From an uncultured delta proteobacterium (lineage in GTDB: Bacteria; Desulfobacterota; Binatia; Binatales; Binataceae): 64,000 nt of DNA. Under the pieces are notes generated by a model. It was not told the DNA's origin and ran no database searches. It was given only the letters and a program-made list of their open reading frames with translations. Position numbers and translations under genes: made by a program. The stretch covers positions 640,001-704,000 of the forward strand of contig CAVRVY010000004.1 in assembly GCA_963724765.1 (NCBI GenBank), given 5' to 3'. Below, in pieces: positions 49,848-62,276 of the stretch. The stretch's first letter is position 1. Every line of letters starts with the position of its first letter.

Positions 49848-52440
49848 GCACACCTCGCGTATCGCGCAGCGTGAAACAGTCGATGGCTGAGGGCGAAGCA
49901 GGGCTGGGGGGCCTCAGCAGCGGCGAGGCGAAGTCGCGGCTGCGCGAGTTCGGTCCCAATCTGCTCGTGCGCCGCGAGCGCGGCGCACGCGTGGTGCAAG
50001 TGCTCCGGATGCTCGCCGACCCGATGGCGCTGATGCTGGCCGGCGCGGCAGTGCTGTACCTGATGCTGGGAAAGACCCGCGAAGCGGCCGTGCTCGCGGT
50101 GGTGATAGTTCCTGTGCTCGGCGTGGACGTGCTAATGGAGGCGCGCTCGCGCGGCGCGCTCAAGAAGCTGGCGAGCGCGGTCGCGCCGTGGGCGCTGGTG
50201 ATGCGCGATGGCCAGGCGGCCGATGTTCCGACCGCCAACCTGGTGCCGGGCGACCTGCTGGTGATTCGCGAAGGCGACATCCTTCACGCCGATGGAATCG
50301 TCCGGCGCGCATCCAACCTCGCCATCGACGAGTCGCAACTGAGCGCGAGTCGGAGCCCCAGGAGAAGCTGGCGCATGCGAGTGCGCCGGGTCCCGAAGTC
50401 CAGGAGCGATACCGCTTTTTTGCGGGCTCGATGGTCGTGGCTGGAAGCGGCCTTGGCGAAGTGACAGAAACCGGCCAGCGCACGCGTTTCGGCAACATCG
50501 CGCGGCTGGTCGGCGAGGCCAACTTTCAGGCGACGCCACTGCAGATCAAAACCGGGCGCCTGGTGCGACGGCTGGTCATCGTTGCGCTCGGGTTGTCGGT
50601 CGTGCTCTTCGCGTTGCGCGCGCTCAGCGGCGCGCCGCTCGACGAGGCTTTCCTCTACGCCATCAGCCTTGCGATGTCAGCCGTGTGCGAAGAGGTCGTT
50701 CTGGTCCTGAGCCTCTTTCTGACGCTTGCCGCCATGCGCCTTGGCCGAGGCGGAGTCCTGGTCAAGCGGCTGGCGAGCGTCGAGACGTTGGGCGCGACCA
50801 CAGTCATCTGCATGGACAAGACCGGCACACTCACCGCCGGAAAATTCGCGATGCAGGTGCACGTCGCGCTCGGCAACGGGCTTGGAGATGAGGCCCTGCT
50901 CGAAGCAGCGGCGCTGGCTTGCGAGCCCGGCGCGGTGGATTCGCTGGAGCGCGAGATCGTGGAGCATTGCCGCAGTCACAACGTCGACGTCGACGCGTTG
51001 CATGCGCGCTGGCGGCTCGCCTACGACTACCCTTTCGACATGGTCGGCAAGCATATGTCGCACGTCTGGATGCGCGCGCGGCGCGAGGATGGCGCCGCGC
51101 CGTCCCGAATCGCCGCCAAGGGCACGCTCGAGGGGATCCTCGAACATTGCAAACTCGGGCCCGGCGAACGCGAGCGGGCGCTCGCCCTGAACGCGGAGCT
51201 CGCCGATCAGGGTATGCGCGTGATCGCGGTCGCGGGCCGCTTCGCGCATGGCGACAATCAGGAGACTCCGGCCGGCGATAGTCAGTCGTGCGCAGCTCGC
51301 ACGGCGGCGGGCGGGGCGGAGCTCAGCGGCGTACGCGAGCACGATGAGCGCGACCTCGAACTGTACGGGCTCCTGGGCTTCCGCGATCCACTGCGGCCCG
51401 AGGTTCCGGCGGCCGTTGCACAATGCCAGTCGGCCGGCGTGAAGCTCAAGCTCATCACTGGCGATCACGCACTCACTGCTCATGCAGTCGCGGAGGCGGC
51501 CGGAATAGCCCACGACGACGCGTTGATCGTGACGGGCGCCGAGCTCGCCAGTATGCCCGCCCGGCAAGCGGCCGAGGTCGCGCGCAAGGCCAGTATCTTT
51601 GCCCGAGTGCAGCCCGAGCAGAAGTACCAGATCATTGACGCGCTGGTGCGCGCCGGCGAGGTGGTGGCGATGATCGGCGACGGTATCAACGATGCACCGG
51701 CGCTGCGCCGTGCACACATCGGCGTAAGTATGGGGCAGCGCGGCACCGAAGTCGCGCGCGCGGCCTCGGACCTCATCCTGCTGGACGACAACTTTGCTTC
51801 CCTGGTGGCGACCGTGCGCGAGGGCCGGCAAGTCTTCGGGAACATCCAGCACTCGCTACGCTACCTGACGGGATTCAAATTCGCCCTGGTCGGCGTGGCG
51901 ATCCTTGCGCCGCTGTTCGGACTGCCGATTCTTCTTTTGCCGGTCGACCTCGTGTGGCTCGAGCTGATCGTGCATCCAGTCTCCGCACTGGCTTTCGAGG
52001 GCGAGCCGGCGCCGGACGACCTGATGAAGTGTCCGCCACGCGATCAGAAGGCGCCGCTAATCGGGCGGGCGCGGACAATCCGCTCGGTTCTGTGCGGCGT
52101 ATTGCTGACCTCCGCGGCGCTCGCTGTCTATGCCGCCCGGCTCGACCGTGGCGAGTCCTATGCGCGCGGCGTGGCGATGGCGGTCATCGTTCTTGGAAGT
52201 CTTCTCCTGATGTGGGCGGAACTTGCTGGCGACCGACCGTGGTGGAGAACGCCGCCGCCCGCACGGGTGGTCTTCTGGGTGGTGTCCGTCCTGGTCGCTG
52301 CGAGTCTTGTGCTGTTCATGACGGTTGGCCCGATCGCTGCGCTCCTCCGCATCGAACCGATCGCTCCCGGAGACTGGGCGATAGCCGGTCTGCTCGCCAT
52401 TCTCGCGGTACTATGGCGTGCTGCAGGAAACCGGAATTAG
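49844..52440 (+). pseudogene. Cation-transporting P-type ATPase with a single -1 frameshift (may be a sequencing error)
   Basis: GLSSGEA, VPGD, DESQLS[G]ESEP missing one G at about 50345, DKTGTLT, DPLRPEV, ITGDH, FARVQPEQK, GDGINDAPAL. Confidence 0.88.
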
Positions 52441-52502
52441 CGCAGTGTCCGAGAAAATGACGAAAACCTGAACTGAACCGGACTTGCCCGTCTGTCGGGG
52501 CG

Positions 52503-52715
52503 TGGTCTGCTCCCAATGCCCGTCAGATCATAGGTAGAGTCTTTGGTTGTTTTCCCCCGCAGGGGGCGGAATCAGTTTCTCCGTTGTGAGCTGTGCGAAC
52601 TCGACTGGTGTTAGTGCGCCGAGACTCGAATGGGGACGATGGTTGTAGTGCTCGCGCCAGGCTTCGATGGTCCCGCGGGCCTCGGCGAGGCTCAGGAGGC
52701 AGGCCATCGCCCCTG
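52503..52715 (-). mobile_element. IS3-family (IS407-like) right-end remnant
   Basis: SLAEARGTIEAWREHYNHRPHSSLGALTP integrase C-terminus; terminal IR-like TGGTCTGCTCCC at 52503. Confidence 0.8.
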
Positions 52716-53033
52716 AGCGCCGAAGTAGCCAAGGGCCCTTCGGATAGCGATGAAGCTCGCCGCCAAAGTCGCGATCGCGATGAGGCTCCTTATTACGAAA
52801 TTGCATCGGCCGTCGACTCCTTGACCCGGAATGCATTCGGAGATTCGGTCAGCTATGGGGTGAAGATCTTGCTATATCGGCAAGAATTACAGCCTGGCAA
52901 GGTGTCGCGATCGCGGCGAAAGACGATGGCCGAGAGCGAGTTCGCGAATAAAAAGCGCCGCAGCATGGCGTAAACTCGTCAGGTTTTCCCGCTTTGGCGT
53001 CGGCCGCGATATTCAGAAGGTTTGGAAATCCGT

Positions 53034-53049
53034 TGGCACGTTCTCCGCA
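53034..53049 (+). promoter_or_regulatory. Sigma-54 promoter candidate
   Basis: TGGCACGTTCTCCGCA. Confidence 0.6.
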
Positions 53050-53125
53050 TTGGTACAGTCCGCGCGTCAGCCATCTCCATGTGGACATTGGTAAGCCGGG
53101 CTTCAATGAACAAAGAGGGTTTCCG

Positions 53126-53356
53126 ATGAAATCGCTTCTTATTATCGGAGCAGTACTCGCTCTTCTAGGTATCGTGGCCCTGGTGTTCCCGGCGTTTTGG
53201 ACCAGTGAGACAAAGGACGTTGCGAAACTCGGCGATGTTACCGTCGAAAACCAGGAAAACGTCCTGCATGTCATCCCTCCAACTGCGAGCATAGTAGCAA
53301 TCCTGCTTGGCGGTGGACTGATCGTGGCAGGTGTCGCTTTGAAGGGCAGAGATTGA
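53126..53356 (+). CDS. Small two-TM protein (paralog of 45607-45831)
   Basis: RBS AGAGGG; IGAVLALLGI..TSETKDVAKLG..HVIP..GGGLIVAG. Confidence 0.8.
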   Translation: MKSLLIIGAVLALLGIVALVFPAFWTSETKDVAKLGDVTVENQENVLHVIPPTASIVAILLGGGLIVAGVALKGRD

Positions 53357-53444
53357 AGCTCCCTGGTCCGCAGATTCTCAAACGGACAGGTTTCAGCAAC
53401 ACCGTACAGGGCACGCGCGTGTCTACAGCTAACGAGGTTGAGTC

Positions 53445-56384
53445 TTGTCAATAAGCGCGCGCATTCCTTCTGCTACCTATCGCCTCCAGCTCAACAGCGA
53501 ATTCACGCTTATCGACGCGACCGCGATAGTTGATTATCTCAATCGGCTCGGCATCAGCGACTGTTACACTTCTCCCATTGCTCAGGCCCGCAAGGGCAGC
53601 CCCCATTGCTATGACGTGACGGACCATCGAAGTCTCAACCGGGAAATCGGTGGTGAGGGTGGATTTCGTGAGTTCGCCCGCAACGTGCAGCATTATGGCA
53701 TGGGCATCATCGTCGACACCGTCCCGAACCACATGTGCGTCGCCGACGCTTCCAACCAATGGTGGTTTGACGTACTCGAGAACGGACCGGGCTCTCCATA
53801 CGCGTCTTTCTTCGACATCGACTGGCAGCCGCCAAAGGCCGACCTTGCAAACAAGGTCCTGCTCCCGGTGCTCGGCGATCAGTTCGGACGCGTTCTCGAA
53901 AACGGTGAAATTTCGATCGCCCACAAGAACGGAGCTTTCGAAGCAGCCTATTACGATCACATCTTTCCGGTCGCGCCTCGCACCTGGACCGCAATCCTCG
54001 AGCCTGCCCTGGCCCGCCTGGAGAATGAGCTGGGCGCGTCCAGCCGCGAGTTTTTGGAACTGGCCAGCATAGTCACCGCGCTTAGTCACCTTCCTTTGCG
54101 CACCGAAACCGAGGCCGCGAAAGTTCGTGAGCGTCAACGCGAAAAGGAAATCATCAAGGTGCGGCTGGCCGCTTTGATGGATACCAATGCGGCCGTGCGG
54201 TCGGCGGTCGAGGCGTCACTCGCCGGCCTCAACGGGACCAAGGGTGAGCCGCACAGCTTCGATCGGCTGGAGAAGCTGCTGGGTGACCAGGCGTACCGCC
54301 TGAGCTTCTGGCACGTCGCCGCAGACGAAATCAACTATCGCCGCTTCTTCGATGTCAACGATCTGGCCGCGATCCGTGTCGAACATCCCGACGTTTTCAG
54401 GGCGACGCACGAACTCATTGTGGGCCTTATCCGCGAAGGGCTGGTCAGTGGACTGCGGATCGACCACGTTGACGGCCTGCGCGATCCCGGACAATACCTC
54501 AATCTACTTCAGCACGAATGTGCGGTTGCGCTTGGCGGGGGAGAAACGTCTTTCGTTCCGCACGACGGAAACGACACGGAAAGCGATCCGGCGGCGCGTC
54601 CACTTCCATTTTATATCGTCGTCGAAAAAATTCTCGGCGCGCATGAGCGCCTGCGTGCGGATTGGCCGGTGAATGGCACAACCGGCTACGAGTTTCTGAA
54701 CGATCTGAACGGGCTCTACGTTGACGGCGCCAAGTGCAGACGGCTGATGGACTTTTACTCGCGTTTCACCCGACATCGGCGCAAGTTTTCCGACGTGGTT
54801 TACGACTGCAAGAAGCTCGTGCTGCGCGCCTTGATGTCGGGCGAGCAGAACGTGCTGGCGCGTAAGCTCGACCGCATTTCAGAGCAGCATCGATGGTCGC
54901 GGGACTTCACCCTGAGCAGTCTCGGTCGCGTGCTGGCCGAGGTAATCGCGTGCTTTCCCGTCTATCGTTCGTACGTCACCAGCGAAGGTTCGGTGAGTGA
55001 CGAGGATCGCGGCCAGGTAATGGCCGCGATCAATTCCGGCAAGCGCAGGAATGCCGCGCTTAGCGAATCGACCTTCGACTTTCTCGCCTCGGTGCTCCTG
55101 CTGGCTCATCCCGATTCCCTGGACGACGCCGCGCGCGAGGTGCGACTCGATTTCACCTTGCGCTTCCAGCAACTTACCAGCCCGGTGATGGCGAAGGGTT
55201 TCGAGGACACCGCCTTATACCGCGTTTATCCGCTTGCTTCGCTCAACGAAGTCGGCGGCGATCCAACGTCATCAGGCATTTCCGTCGAGACGTTTCATTC
55301 TCGCAATCAGCGCAGGCTTCAGGATTGGCCGCACGCACTGTCCGCCACTTCGACGCACGACACCAAACGCGGCGAAGACGTGCGTGCGCGAATCAACGTG
55401 CTTTCGGAAATACCCGGCGCCTGGGCGCAAGCCGTCCATCGATGGAACAGACTTAACGCTTCGCTGCGCGTCGAATGGGAAGGAACCTGCGCCCCCGATA
55501 CCAACGAGGAGTACCTCTTCTACCAGACGCTCGTAGGAACCTGGCCGCTCGAGCGGATGACCCCCGATGAGCACGAGCGATTCGTCAGTCGTATCCAGGA
55601 CTACATGCATAAGTCCTCAAAGGAAGCCAAGTTCCACACCAGTTGGATCAGCCCGAACGCCGCTCACGATGAAGCGCTCGCAGAGTTCGCGCGTGTAGCG
55701 CTCCGGCCCGATCCGGCTAATACCTTCCTCGCCGATTTCGTTAGCTTTCGCCGGTCCATCGCGACGGCAGGAATACTCAATTCACTTTCGCAAACTTTGA
55801 TAAAAGCAGGATCGCCTGGAGTTCCCGACTTCTATCAGGGGAGCGAATTATGGGACTACAACCTGGTCGATCCAGATAACCGCAGGCCGGTGGACTTCGC
55901 CCTCCGCCGAGCGATGCTCGAAGAAATTATCCACGAGGCCGATCGCAACAGGGTCAAGCTGGTTGAAACACTCATTGCCGCTCCACAGGACGGCCGCATC
56001 AAGCTGTACGTGATCCATCGCGTCCTGCAATTTCGCCGCAGCCATCCCGAGTTGTTCGCAACCGGAGCCTACGCGCCGCTCGAGGCAGCCGGCGAAAACG
56101 CTCGACGCGTGGTCGCCTTCGTGCGACGCGCCGAGCGTGAAAGTGCGATCTTCGCCGCCGGCCGCTTTTTCACCAGCCTCTTGAACGACGCGGATTCGTT
56201 TCCGGCCGGCACGGCGTGGTCAGACACGAAACTCATACTGCCAGCCGATCTTGCGGCGCGACGCTACGTCGATCTGTTCACGGGTTGCGAGGCCAGCGTG
56301 CAGCCGGGGGAAGGCGCGGCGTGGCTGCCGATGGAGGAGGCGTTCGCGCGAATGCCGATCGCGATGCTCGTGCCGGCGGCTTGA
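53445..56384 (+). CDS. treY: Malto-oligosyltrehalose synthase
   Basis: [84 protein letters not shown]. Confidence 0.96.
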   Translation: MSISARIPSATYRLQLNSEFTLIDATAIVDYLNRLGISDCYTSPIAQARKGSPHCYDVTDHRSLNREIGGEGGFREFARNVQHYGMGIIVDTVPNHMCVADASNQWWFDVLENGPGSPYASFFDIDWQPPKADLANKVLLPVLGDQFGRVLENGEISIAHKNGAFEAAYYDHIFPVAPRTWTAILEPALARLENELGASSREFLELASIVTALSHLPLRTETEAAKVRERQREKEIIKVRLAALMDTNAAVRSAVEASLAGLNGTKGEPHSFDRLEKLLGDQAYRLSFWHVAADEINYRRFFDVNDLAAIRVEHPDVFRATHELIVGLIREGLVSGLRIDHVDGLRDPGQYLNLLQHECAVALGGGETSFVPHDGNDTESDPAARPLPFYIVVEKILGAHERLRADWPVNGTTGYEFLNDLNGLYVDGAKCRRLMDFYSRFTRHRRKFSDVVYDCKKLVLRALMSGEQNVLARKLDRISEQHRWSRDFTLSSLGRVLAEVIACFPVYRSYVTSEGSVSDEDRGQVMAAINSGKRRNAALSESTFDFLASVLLLAHPDSLDDAAREVRLDFTLRFQQLTSPVMAKGFEDTALYRVYPLASLNEVGGDPTSSGISVETFHSRNQRRLQDWPHALSATSTHDTKRGEDVRARINVLSEIPGAWAQAVHRWNRLNASLRVEWEGTCAPDTNEEYLFYQTLVGTWPLERMTPDEHERFVSRIQDYMHKSSKEAKFHTSWISPNAAHDEALAEFARVALRPDPANTFLADFVSFRRSIATAGILNSLSQTLIKAGSPGVPDFYQGSELWDYNLVDPDNRRPVDFALRRAMLEEIIHEADRNRVKLVETLIAAPQDGRIKLYVIHRVLQFRRSHPELFATGAYAPLEAAGENARRVVAFVRRAERESAIFAAGRFFTSLLNDADSFPAGTAWSDTKLILPADLAARRYVDLFTGCEASVQPGEGAAWLPMEEAFARMPIAMLVPAA

Positions 56385-56394
56385 GAGAAGCCTG

Positions 56395-58275
56395 ATGAAT
56401 TGTCGAAAGAAGGAAGACCGGATTCGGCGTCTCGAATTCGGCGCCAATTTGACCGAGGGGGGCGTCCTCTTTCGGGTGTGGGCGCCGCTGGCGGCGCGTC
56501 TCTCCGTCGGCCTTACCAGCCCGCGCCGCGCGGTCCTGCCTATGGATCGGGACGCGGACGGCATCTTCAGCGCATTCGCAAAAGATCTGGCGGCCGACGC
56601 GGAGTACTACTATGAATTTGCGCCCGACCGCCGGCGTCCCGATCCGGTCTCGCGTTTTCAGCCGCGCGGAGTCCATGACGCTTCTCGAATCGTCGACCCG
56701 GACGCCTTCATCTGGACCGATCAGGACTGGAAAGGGCGTGCTCTGGAAGATTTCATAATCTACGAACTTCATACCGGAGCCTTCACGCCCCAGCGAACGT
56801 TCGAGGGCGTAATCGACCGGCTAGCCTACCTGCGCGAACTCGGCATCACGGCGATCGAGCTTATGCCGGTTGCGGCGTTTCCCGGCTCTCGCAATTGGGG
56901 TTACGACGGCGCCTATCTTTATGCCCCGCATGCCGAATATGGAGGACCTGTCGGACTCAAGCGGTTGGTCGACGCCTGTCATCGCGAGGGACTCGCCGTC
57001 GTGCTTGACGTCGTCTACAACCACCTGGGCCCGGAAGGAAATTATCTTGGCGAGTACGGCCCATACTTTACCGACCGCTATCGAACGCCATGGGGCGCGG
57101 CGATCAACTTCGACGGTCCGCAGAGCGACGCGGTAAGACGCTTCTTCATCGACAATGCTCTATACTGGCTCACTGAGTACCACGTCGACGCGCTACGGCT
57201 CGATGCGGTTCACGAGATCTTCGACTTCGGCGCGTGGCATGTACTGCGCGAGATGGCCGAGGCCTTTCATCGGCAGGCACGGCTGCTCGGGCGCAATGCG
57301 TGGCTTATCGCCGAGAGCGATTTGAATGATCCACGCGTGATCAATTCATCCACAATAGGCGGTCATGGGCTCGATGCTCAATGGAATGACGATTTTCACC
57401 ATTCACTACATACCCTGCTGACCGATGCCAGGAATGGCTATTTCGCCGACTTCGGCCGGATCGCGGATCTGCGCAAGGCGATAACGGAGGGATTCGTCTA
57501 TGACGGTCGCCGATCGGCTTATCGTCAGCGCCGCCATGGGGCTTCGTCCGCGTCGAATCCCGGCCGGCAATTCGTCATGTTCAATCAGAATCACGACCAG
57601 ATCGCCAATGCGGATGGGGGGCGGCGCCTCGCCGAGCTACTTGTGCCCGACCAGCAGAAGCTTGCGGCGGTGATCCTGATCTGCGCGCCTGGCCTGCCGA
57701 TGCTCTTCATGGGCGAGGAGTTCGGGGCCTCGTCACCCTTCAACTATTTTACCAGCTTCACCGAGCCGACGCTGGCCAACGCGGTATCCGAGGGACGCAG
57801 GCGCGAATACGGGGCCTTTTTCACGGACCGGGCCTTCCCCGATCCCCAGGCGCCCGAAACTCTCGCCGGCTCGCAAATTGATTGGGCGGAACCCGCGCTC
57901 TCGCCGCATCGCGAGTTGCTCGCTCTCCACCGCGCGCTCATCGTGCTCCGCAAGGGGAATCGTTGCTTGTCCAACTGCCGCAAAGACTTGACTGACGTTA
58001 GCTTCAGCGAGGATGAGCGATGGATGGTAATCCGGCGGGGCGATCCGTCGGGTAAAATCACCCTGGTATTGTGCAACTTGAGTTCGGAGACGCGCACAAT
58101 ACCGATGCCGTGCGAGGGTTCGGACTTCCGGCTCGCGCTCTTTACGGGCGAGCCGCGATTCGGTGCAATGGCTGCGGCTGCGTCGCCGCCTGCCCTCCTC
58201 CATTCTTCCAGCGCCGGAATCGATCTCGATCCATTCAGCGCGGCCATTTATTTCGGCGGTACCAGCCACTCATAA
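56395..58275 (+). CDS. treZ: Malto-oligosyltrehalose trehalohydrolase
   Basis: FRVWAP, PDPVSRFQP, IYELHTG, NWGYDG, DVVYNHLGPEGNYL, LRLDAVH, QWNDDFHH, QNHDQI, MLFMGEE. Confidence 0.96.
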   Translation: MNCRKKEDRIRRLEFGANLTEGGVLFRVWAPLAARLSVGLTSPRRAVLPMDRDADGIFSAFAKDLAADAEYYYEFAPDRRRPDPVSRFQPRGVHDASRIVDPDAFIWTDQDWKGRALEDFIIYELHTGAFTPQRTFEGVIDRLAYLRELGITAIELMPVAAFPGSRNWGYDGAYLYAPHAEYGGPVGLKRLVDACHREGLAVVLDVVYNHLGPEGNYLGEYGPYFTDRYRTPWGAAINFDGPQSDAVRRFFIDNALYWLTEYHVDALRLDAVHEIFDFGAWHVLREMAEAFHRQARLLGRNAWLIAESDLNDPRVINSSTIGGHGLDAQWNDDFHHSLHTLLTDARNGYFADFGRIADLRKAITEGFVYDGRRSAYRQRRHGASSASNPGRQFVMFNQNHDQIANADGGRRLAELLVPDQQKLAAVILICAPGLPMLFMGEEFGASSPFNYFTSFTEPTLANAVSEGRRREYGAFFTDRAFPDPQAPETLAGSQIDWAEPALSPHRELLALHRALIVLRKGNRCLSNCRKDLTDVSFSEDERWMVIRRGDPSGKITLVLCNLSSETRTIPMPCEGSDFRLALFTGEPRFGAMAAAASPPALLHSSSAGIDLDPFSAAIYFGGTSHS

Positions 58276-58293
58276 TCTATCGTATCGGGCGTC

Positions 58294-61200
58294 TCATTCC
58301 TGATTTCGCGCCTGATTCCGCTCCTGATTCCGCGCGATTCCGCGAAGCGGCGGACGATCGTCGTCGCCGCTCTCGGCCACTATCAGATGCGGCAGATATA
58401 ACCGCACGGTGGTGCCCTGCCCCTCCTCGCTATCGATCTTCACGTGGCCGCCGGATTGCTTGACGAACCCGTACACTTGCGAAAGTCCGAGACCGGTGCC
58501 CTGCCCGATTTCCTTGGTGGTGAAAAAGGGATCGAAGGCGCGCTCGAGGACTTCCTTGCTCATCCCGATACCATCATCGGTGACCGCGATCATCACGTAC
58601 CGGCCCTCCGGCAATTCGTCGTGCCGGGACGAGTATTCGCCGTCAAGGTAGGTATTGGCGGTTTCGATTGTAACTTTACCGCCATCCGCCATCGCATCGC
58701 GGGCGTTGACGGCGAGGTTCAAAATCGCGCTTTCGAGCTGATTATGGTCGGCGGAAACTCGCCACAGGTCCGGCCGCCAGCACCATCTCGACTTCAATAT
58801 TATCGCCCACCGTGGTGCGCAACAGTTCTGACATGCCGGTGACGAGCCGATTCACATCGAGGGATTCGGGTCTGAGCGGCTGCTTGCGGGCGAAAGCCAG
58901 CAGGCGCTGGGTCAGAGTCGCGGCGCGCTGTCCGCCGCGCGTGGCGGCATCGGTGAGCCGGAGCAAATCCTCACCGACCGCGAAGTCGGACCGCACGACG
59001 CGGCGGCGCAAGGCGTCAAGGTTGCCCATGATCACCTGCAGCAGATTGTTGAAGTCGTGAGCGACGCCGCCCGTGAGCTGTCCGATCAGCTCCAGCTTCT
59101 GCGCCTGGCGAAACGCCTCCTCGGCCTGCAGCCGCTCCTGGATTTCGGCCGCCACCCGCTGCTCGAGGGTTTCGTTCAGGCGCAGCAAATTGTCCTCCGC
59201 CAGGCGGCGATCGTTGATGTCCTGCACGATCAGAACCACGTATTGCGCTCCACCATCGGGGTCGGTCTAGCAGCGACACACTATTGGCAATCCAGGCGAT
59301 CGATCCGTCGGGGCGCACCTTGCGCACCTCGATCGTAAAGGGCCGCCCCATTTCGAACATCCGATCCAGCAGTTCGTTGAAGCGGGGAACGTCCTCGGAA
59401 TAGGTAAGCTCGATCAGCCGCATGCCGAGCAGCTCCTGCATCGAGCGGCCGACGATCTCGCAGTATTTCCGGTTCACCAGCACGTAGCGGCCCGAAAGAT
59501 CGATCTGCGCGATCCCTACGTTGGCTTCGGCGAAAATCGACCGGAGCCGCTGCTCGCTGTCCTGCAGGATGCGCGCGGCGCGGCGGCGTTCGCCAGCGAG
59601 ATTGATGTTGCTGCGCACCCGGGCGAGCAGCTCGCGCGCGCTGAAGGGCTTGAGCAGGTAATCGTCGGCGCCCGCCTCGATCCCCTCGATGCTGGCCTCC
59701 TCGCCGGCCCGCGCCGACAGCAATACCACCGGCACGTCGCTTAGCGCCGGATCGGCCCGCACCTCGCGCAGCACACCGAAACCATCGAGCCGCGGCATCA
59801 TCACGTCGCTCAGGATCAGATCGGGGCGGCGGCGCCGTGCCGCTGCCAACGCCTCCTCGCCATTGACCACGGTCTCGACTGTGTAGCGGTCCGAGAGCAG
59901 CTGGCACAGGTAGTCGAGCATATCGCCGTTGTCATCGGCCACCAGCACGAATGGCCGCTCGCCGCCCGGCATGGTAACTGTGACCGGCTCGAGCAGTTCT
60001 GCTTGAATTTCGATCTCCGGCCGCAACTGCTCGCCCGGCAACCATCGCAGCGCCTCTTCCACAAAGGCCTCGGCGCGATGTGCCGTCGAGGGCACTGTAC
60101 GCGCCGCGCCGATAGCCGCGGCTGGCAAATGAGCTTTGCCCACCGGGATCGAAACCGTAAAGCATGAGCCCTGCCCGGGAGCGCTGGTGACCTCGACGGT
60201 GGCACCGTGCAGGCGCGCCAGCTCCTGGACCAACGCGAGCCCAATGCCAGTGCCCTCATGCGTGCGGCCGTGCTGGCCCTCGATCCGGTGAAATCGCTCG
60301 AAGAGCCGCGGCAGTTCTTCCCTGGGAATTCCCCGTCCGGTGTCTCGAACGCGCAGCTCGACGCGGCGGTGGTCGGCGGACTCGCCCAGCGAAACCTCGA
60401 CCTCGCCTTCGAAGGTGTACTTGAACGCGTTCGAGATCAGGTTGAGGACGATCTTCTCCCACATGTCACGGTCAACGAAGGTCGGCTCCGTCACTGGTCG
60501 GCAATCGATCAAGTAGCGCAAGCCGGCCTTGTCCATCGCCGATTGAAACGTGCCGGCGAGGTCGGCGGTGTAGGCGGCAAGGTCAATCGGCTCGTAGAGC
60601 GCTTGAATCCTGCCCGCCTCCAGGCGCGAGAAATCGAGCAGCGTGTTGACGAGCTTCAAGAGCCGCAGACCATTGCGATACACCAGGTCAATCCATCCCC
60701 GCTCGACGGTGACCACACCGGGCTGAGTACTGCGCGACAGCACCTCCTCGAGCGGACTTAGCATCAGGGTGAGCGGCGTGCGGAACTCGTGGCTGGCATT
60801 CGAAAAAAAGGCGGTCTTCGCGCGGTCGATCTCGGCCAGCGCCTCTGCACGGCGCTTCTCGCGCTCATAGGCGCGCACGTCAGCCAGACCTGCCGCAATC
60901 TGCCCGGCCAGCAGATCGATAAATCCGCGGTACTCGTCATCCAGCGGACGGTGCGGGTTCAGGCCGATGATCATCACTCCGGCAGGCTGGTTCTGCGCCT
61001 GCTCCGCGATCGGAACGACGATCGCCTGTCGCGGCGGGATATTCCAGTCTCCGGTCGGCAAATCGCCGAAACGCACAGCCAGATCGTCAACGATCACGGC
61101 CTTCGAATCCGCAAGCGCCCGCTTAATCGGCCACTCGCCCGCATCCAACAGCAGTACGGAAGGCGCAGCGCGATGATTCGCGTGAATCCCAGAGCTGCAG

Positions 61201-61862
61201 GCCAGCTCAGCGTGCTCGCCGTCTTTCTGCATCAGATAGACGAGCGTGAACGGAACGTCGCGCTGATTTGTGGCCAGGCATTCGCTTACCGCGGCGAACA
61301 GGTTTGCGGCAGTCTGCCGGTTTGCGATCCGCGCACCGATGTCACGCAACAGGTGCAGACGCCGCTCGCCGATGAAGCGATCCGTGTCCTCGATAACCAC
61401 GCAAAGATGCCCGCCGATACCGCCCTCGTCGTCGGGCAACGGACTGTAAGAAAAAGTATGGAAGGTTTCTTCGGGATATCCCGAACGGTGAAGAATCAGC
61501 GGTAGATCTTGGTCATAAGTGGCGCGGCCGGTCGTCATGACCCCTTCGATCCGAGGCCCGATATCGTTCCAGATTTCATTCCATACCTTGCGCGAGGGCT
61601 TGCCCAGGGCCCACGGATGCTTGGTCCCAAGCGTCGGCTGGTAAGCATCGTTGTAGAAAAATGTCAGCTCGGGGCCCCATCCCATCCACATCGCGTAGCG
61701 GGAACCAAGCATGATCTGAACTGCCGTCCTCAGGCTCTGCGGCCACGACGTGGGCGGGCCGAGCGGCGTCTGCGACCAATCGAACTCGCGCATGCGCCGC
61801 ACCATCTCGCCGCCGCCCCCGAACAACTCAGCGCGCCTGGTTCTGCCGATGGCCGATCCCAT
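58294..61862 (-). pseudogene. Large hybrid sensor histidine kinase (PAS-GAF-HK-REC-PAS-HK) with two +1 frameshifts; final receiver absent
   Basis: DWSQTPLG, SHEFRTPL, NLISNAFK, GTGIGL, DVMMP, GGVAHDFNNLL, NLAVNARDAM, FDPFFTTK, GTGLGL; shifts at about 59268 and 58767. Confidence 0.88.
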
Positions 61863-62068
61863 TATGATATCCAGCCGAAAATTTGGACCTCTTCCTACCA
61901 GGTGATCCAGCAATCAGTCTATCCGATGCGCGCGAATCAGACGAGCAAGCGGCGTGATAGCGCACGATTGCGGCGGTACGCAATTCGCATCCGTGCACCG
62001 ACACAGCCGCTTCTTTAACGTAGCGAAATCAATGCCGAGGGACAGCACTAGACCGTGATCTCATCGGG

Positions 62069-62135
62069 ACAGAAATACTGATTCATTGGAAACAGAAATA
62101 CTGACTCATGGAGACGAAAATACTGACTGCGATGG
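62069..62135. repeat. Three imperfect 22-23 bp direct repeats in the HK/RR divergent intergenic region
   Basis: ACAGAAATACTGATTCATTGGAA / ACAGAAATACTGACTCATGGAG / ACGAAAATACTGACTGCGATGG. Confidence 0.85.
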
Positions 62136-62276
62136 CGCTAGAGGGATCTTTAGACATTGCAACGGCGCTTATTTGCTTGACGACCCGTTTACTTACGCTT
62201 AATTGCCTGTCAGCATGAATCTGATTCCACAGCCAACCGCAAACCTGTGCTGACATTTTTACATAGAGAAAACGGA

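Noticed and set aside
52443-52500. GTGTCCGAGAAAAT as a second IS end, and CTAAGTAGTG near 48881
   Set aside because: No partner inverted repeat or transposase sequence identifiable.
58296-58345. Short CCTGATTyCG tandem repeats at the kinase 3' end
   Set aside because: Three or four degenerate units of about 12 bp; likely slippage at a truncated gene end.
62069-62135. Possible CRISPR array
   Set aside because: Three degenerate abutting units with no spacers and no cas genes.
62163-62178. Sigma-54-like motif before the receiver gene, and similar near-misses at about 25596, 28923, 36324 and 44502
   Set aside because: GG-to-GC spacing of 9 or 11, or -12 GC missing; sigma-54 spacing is strict.
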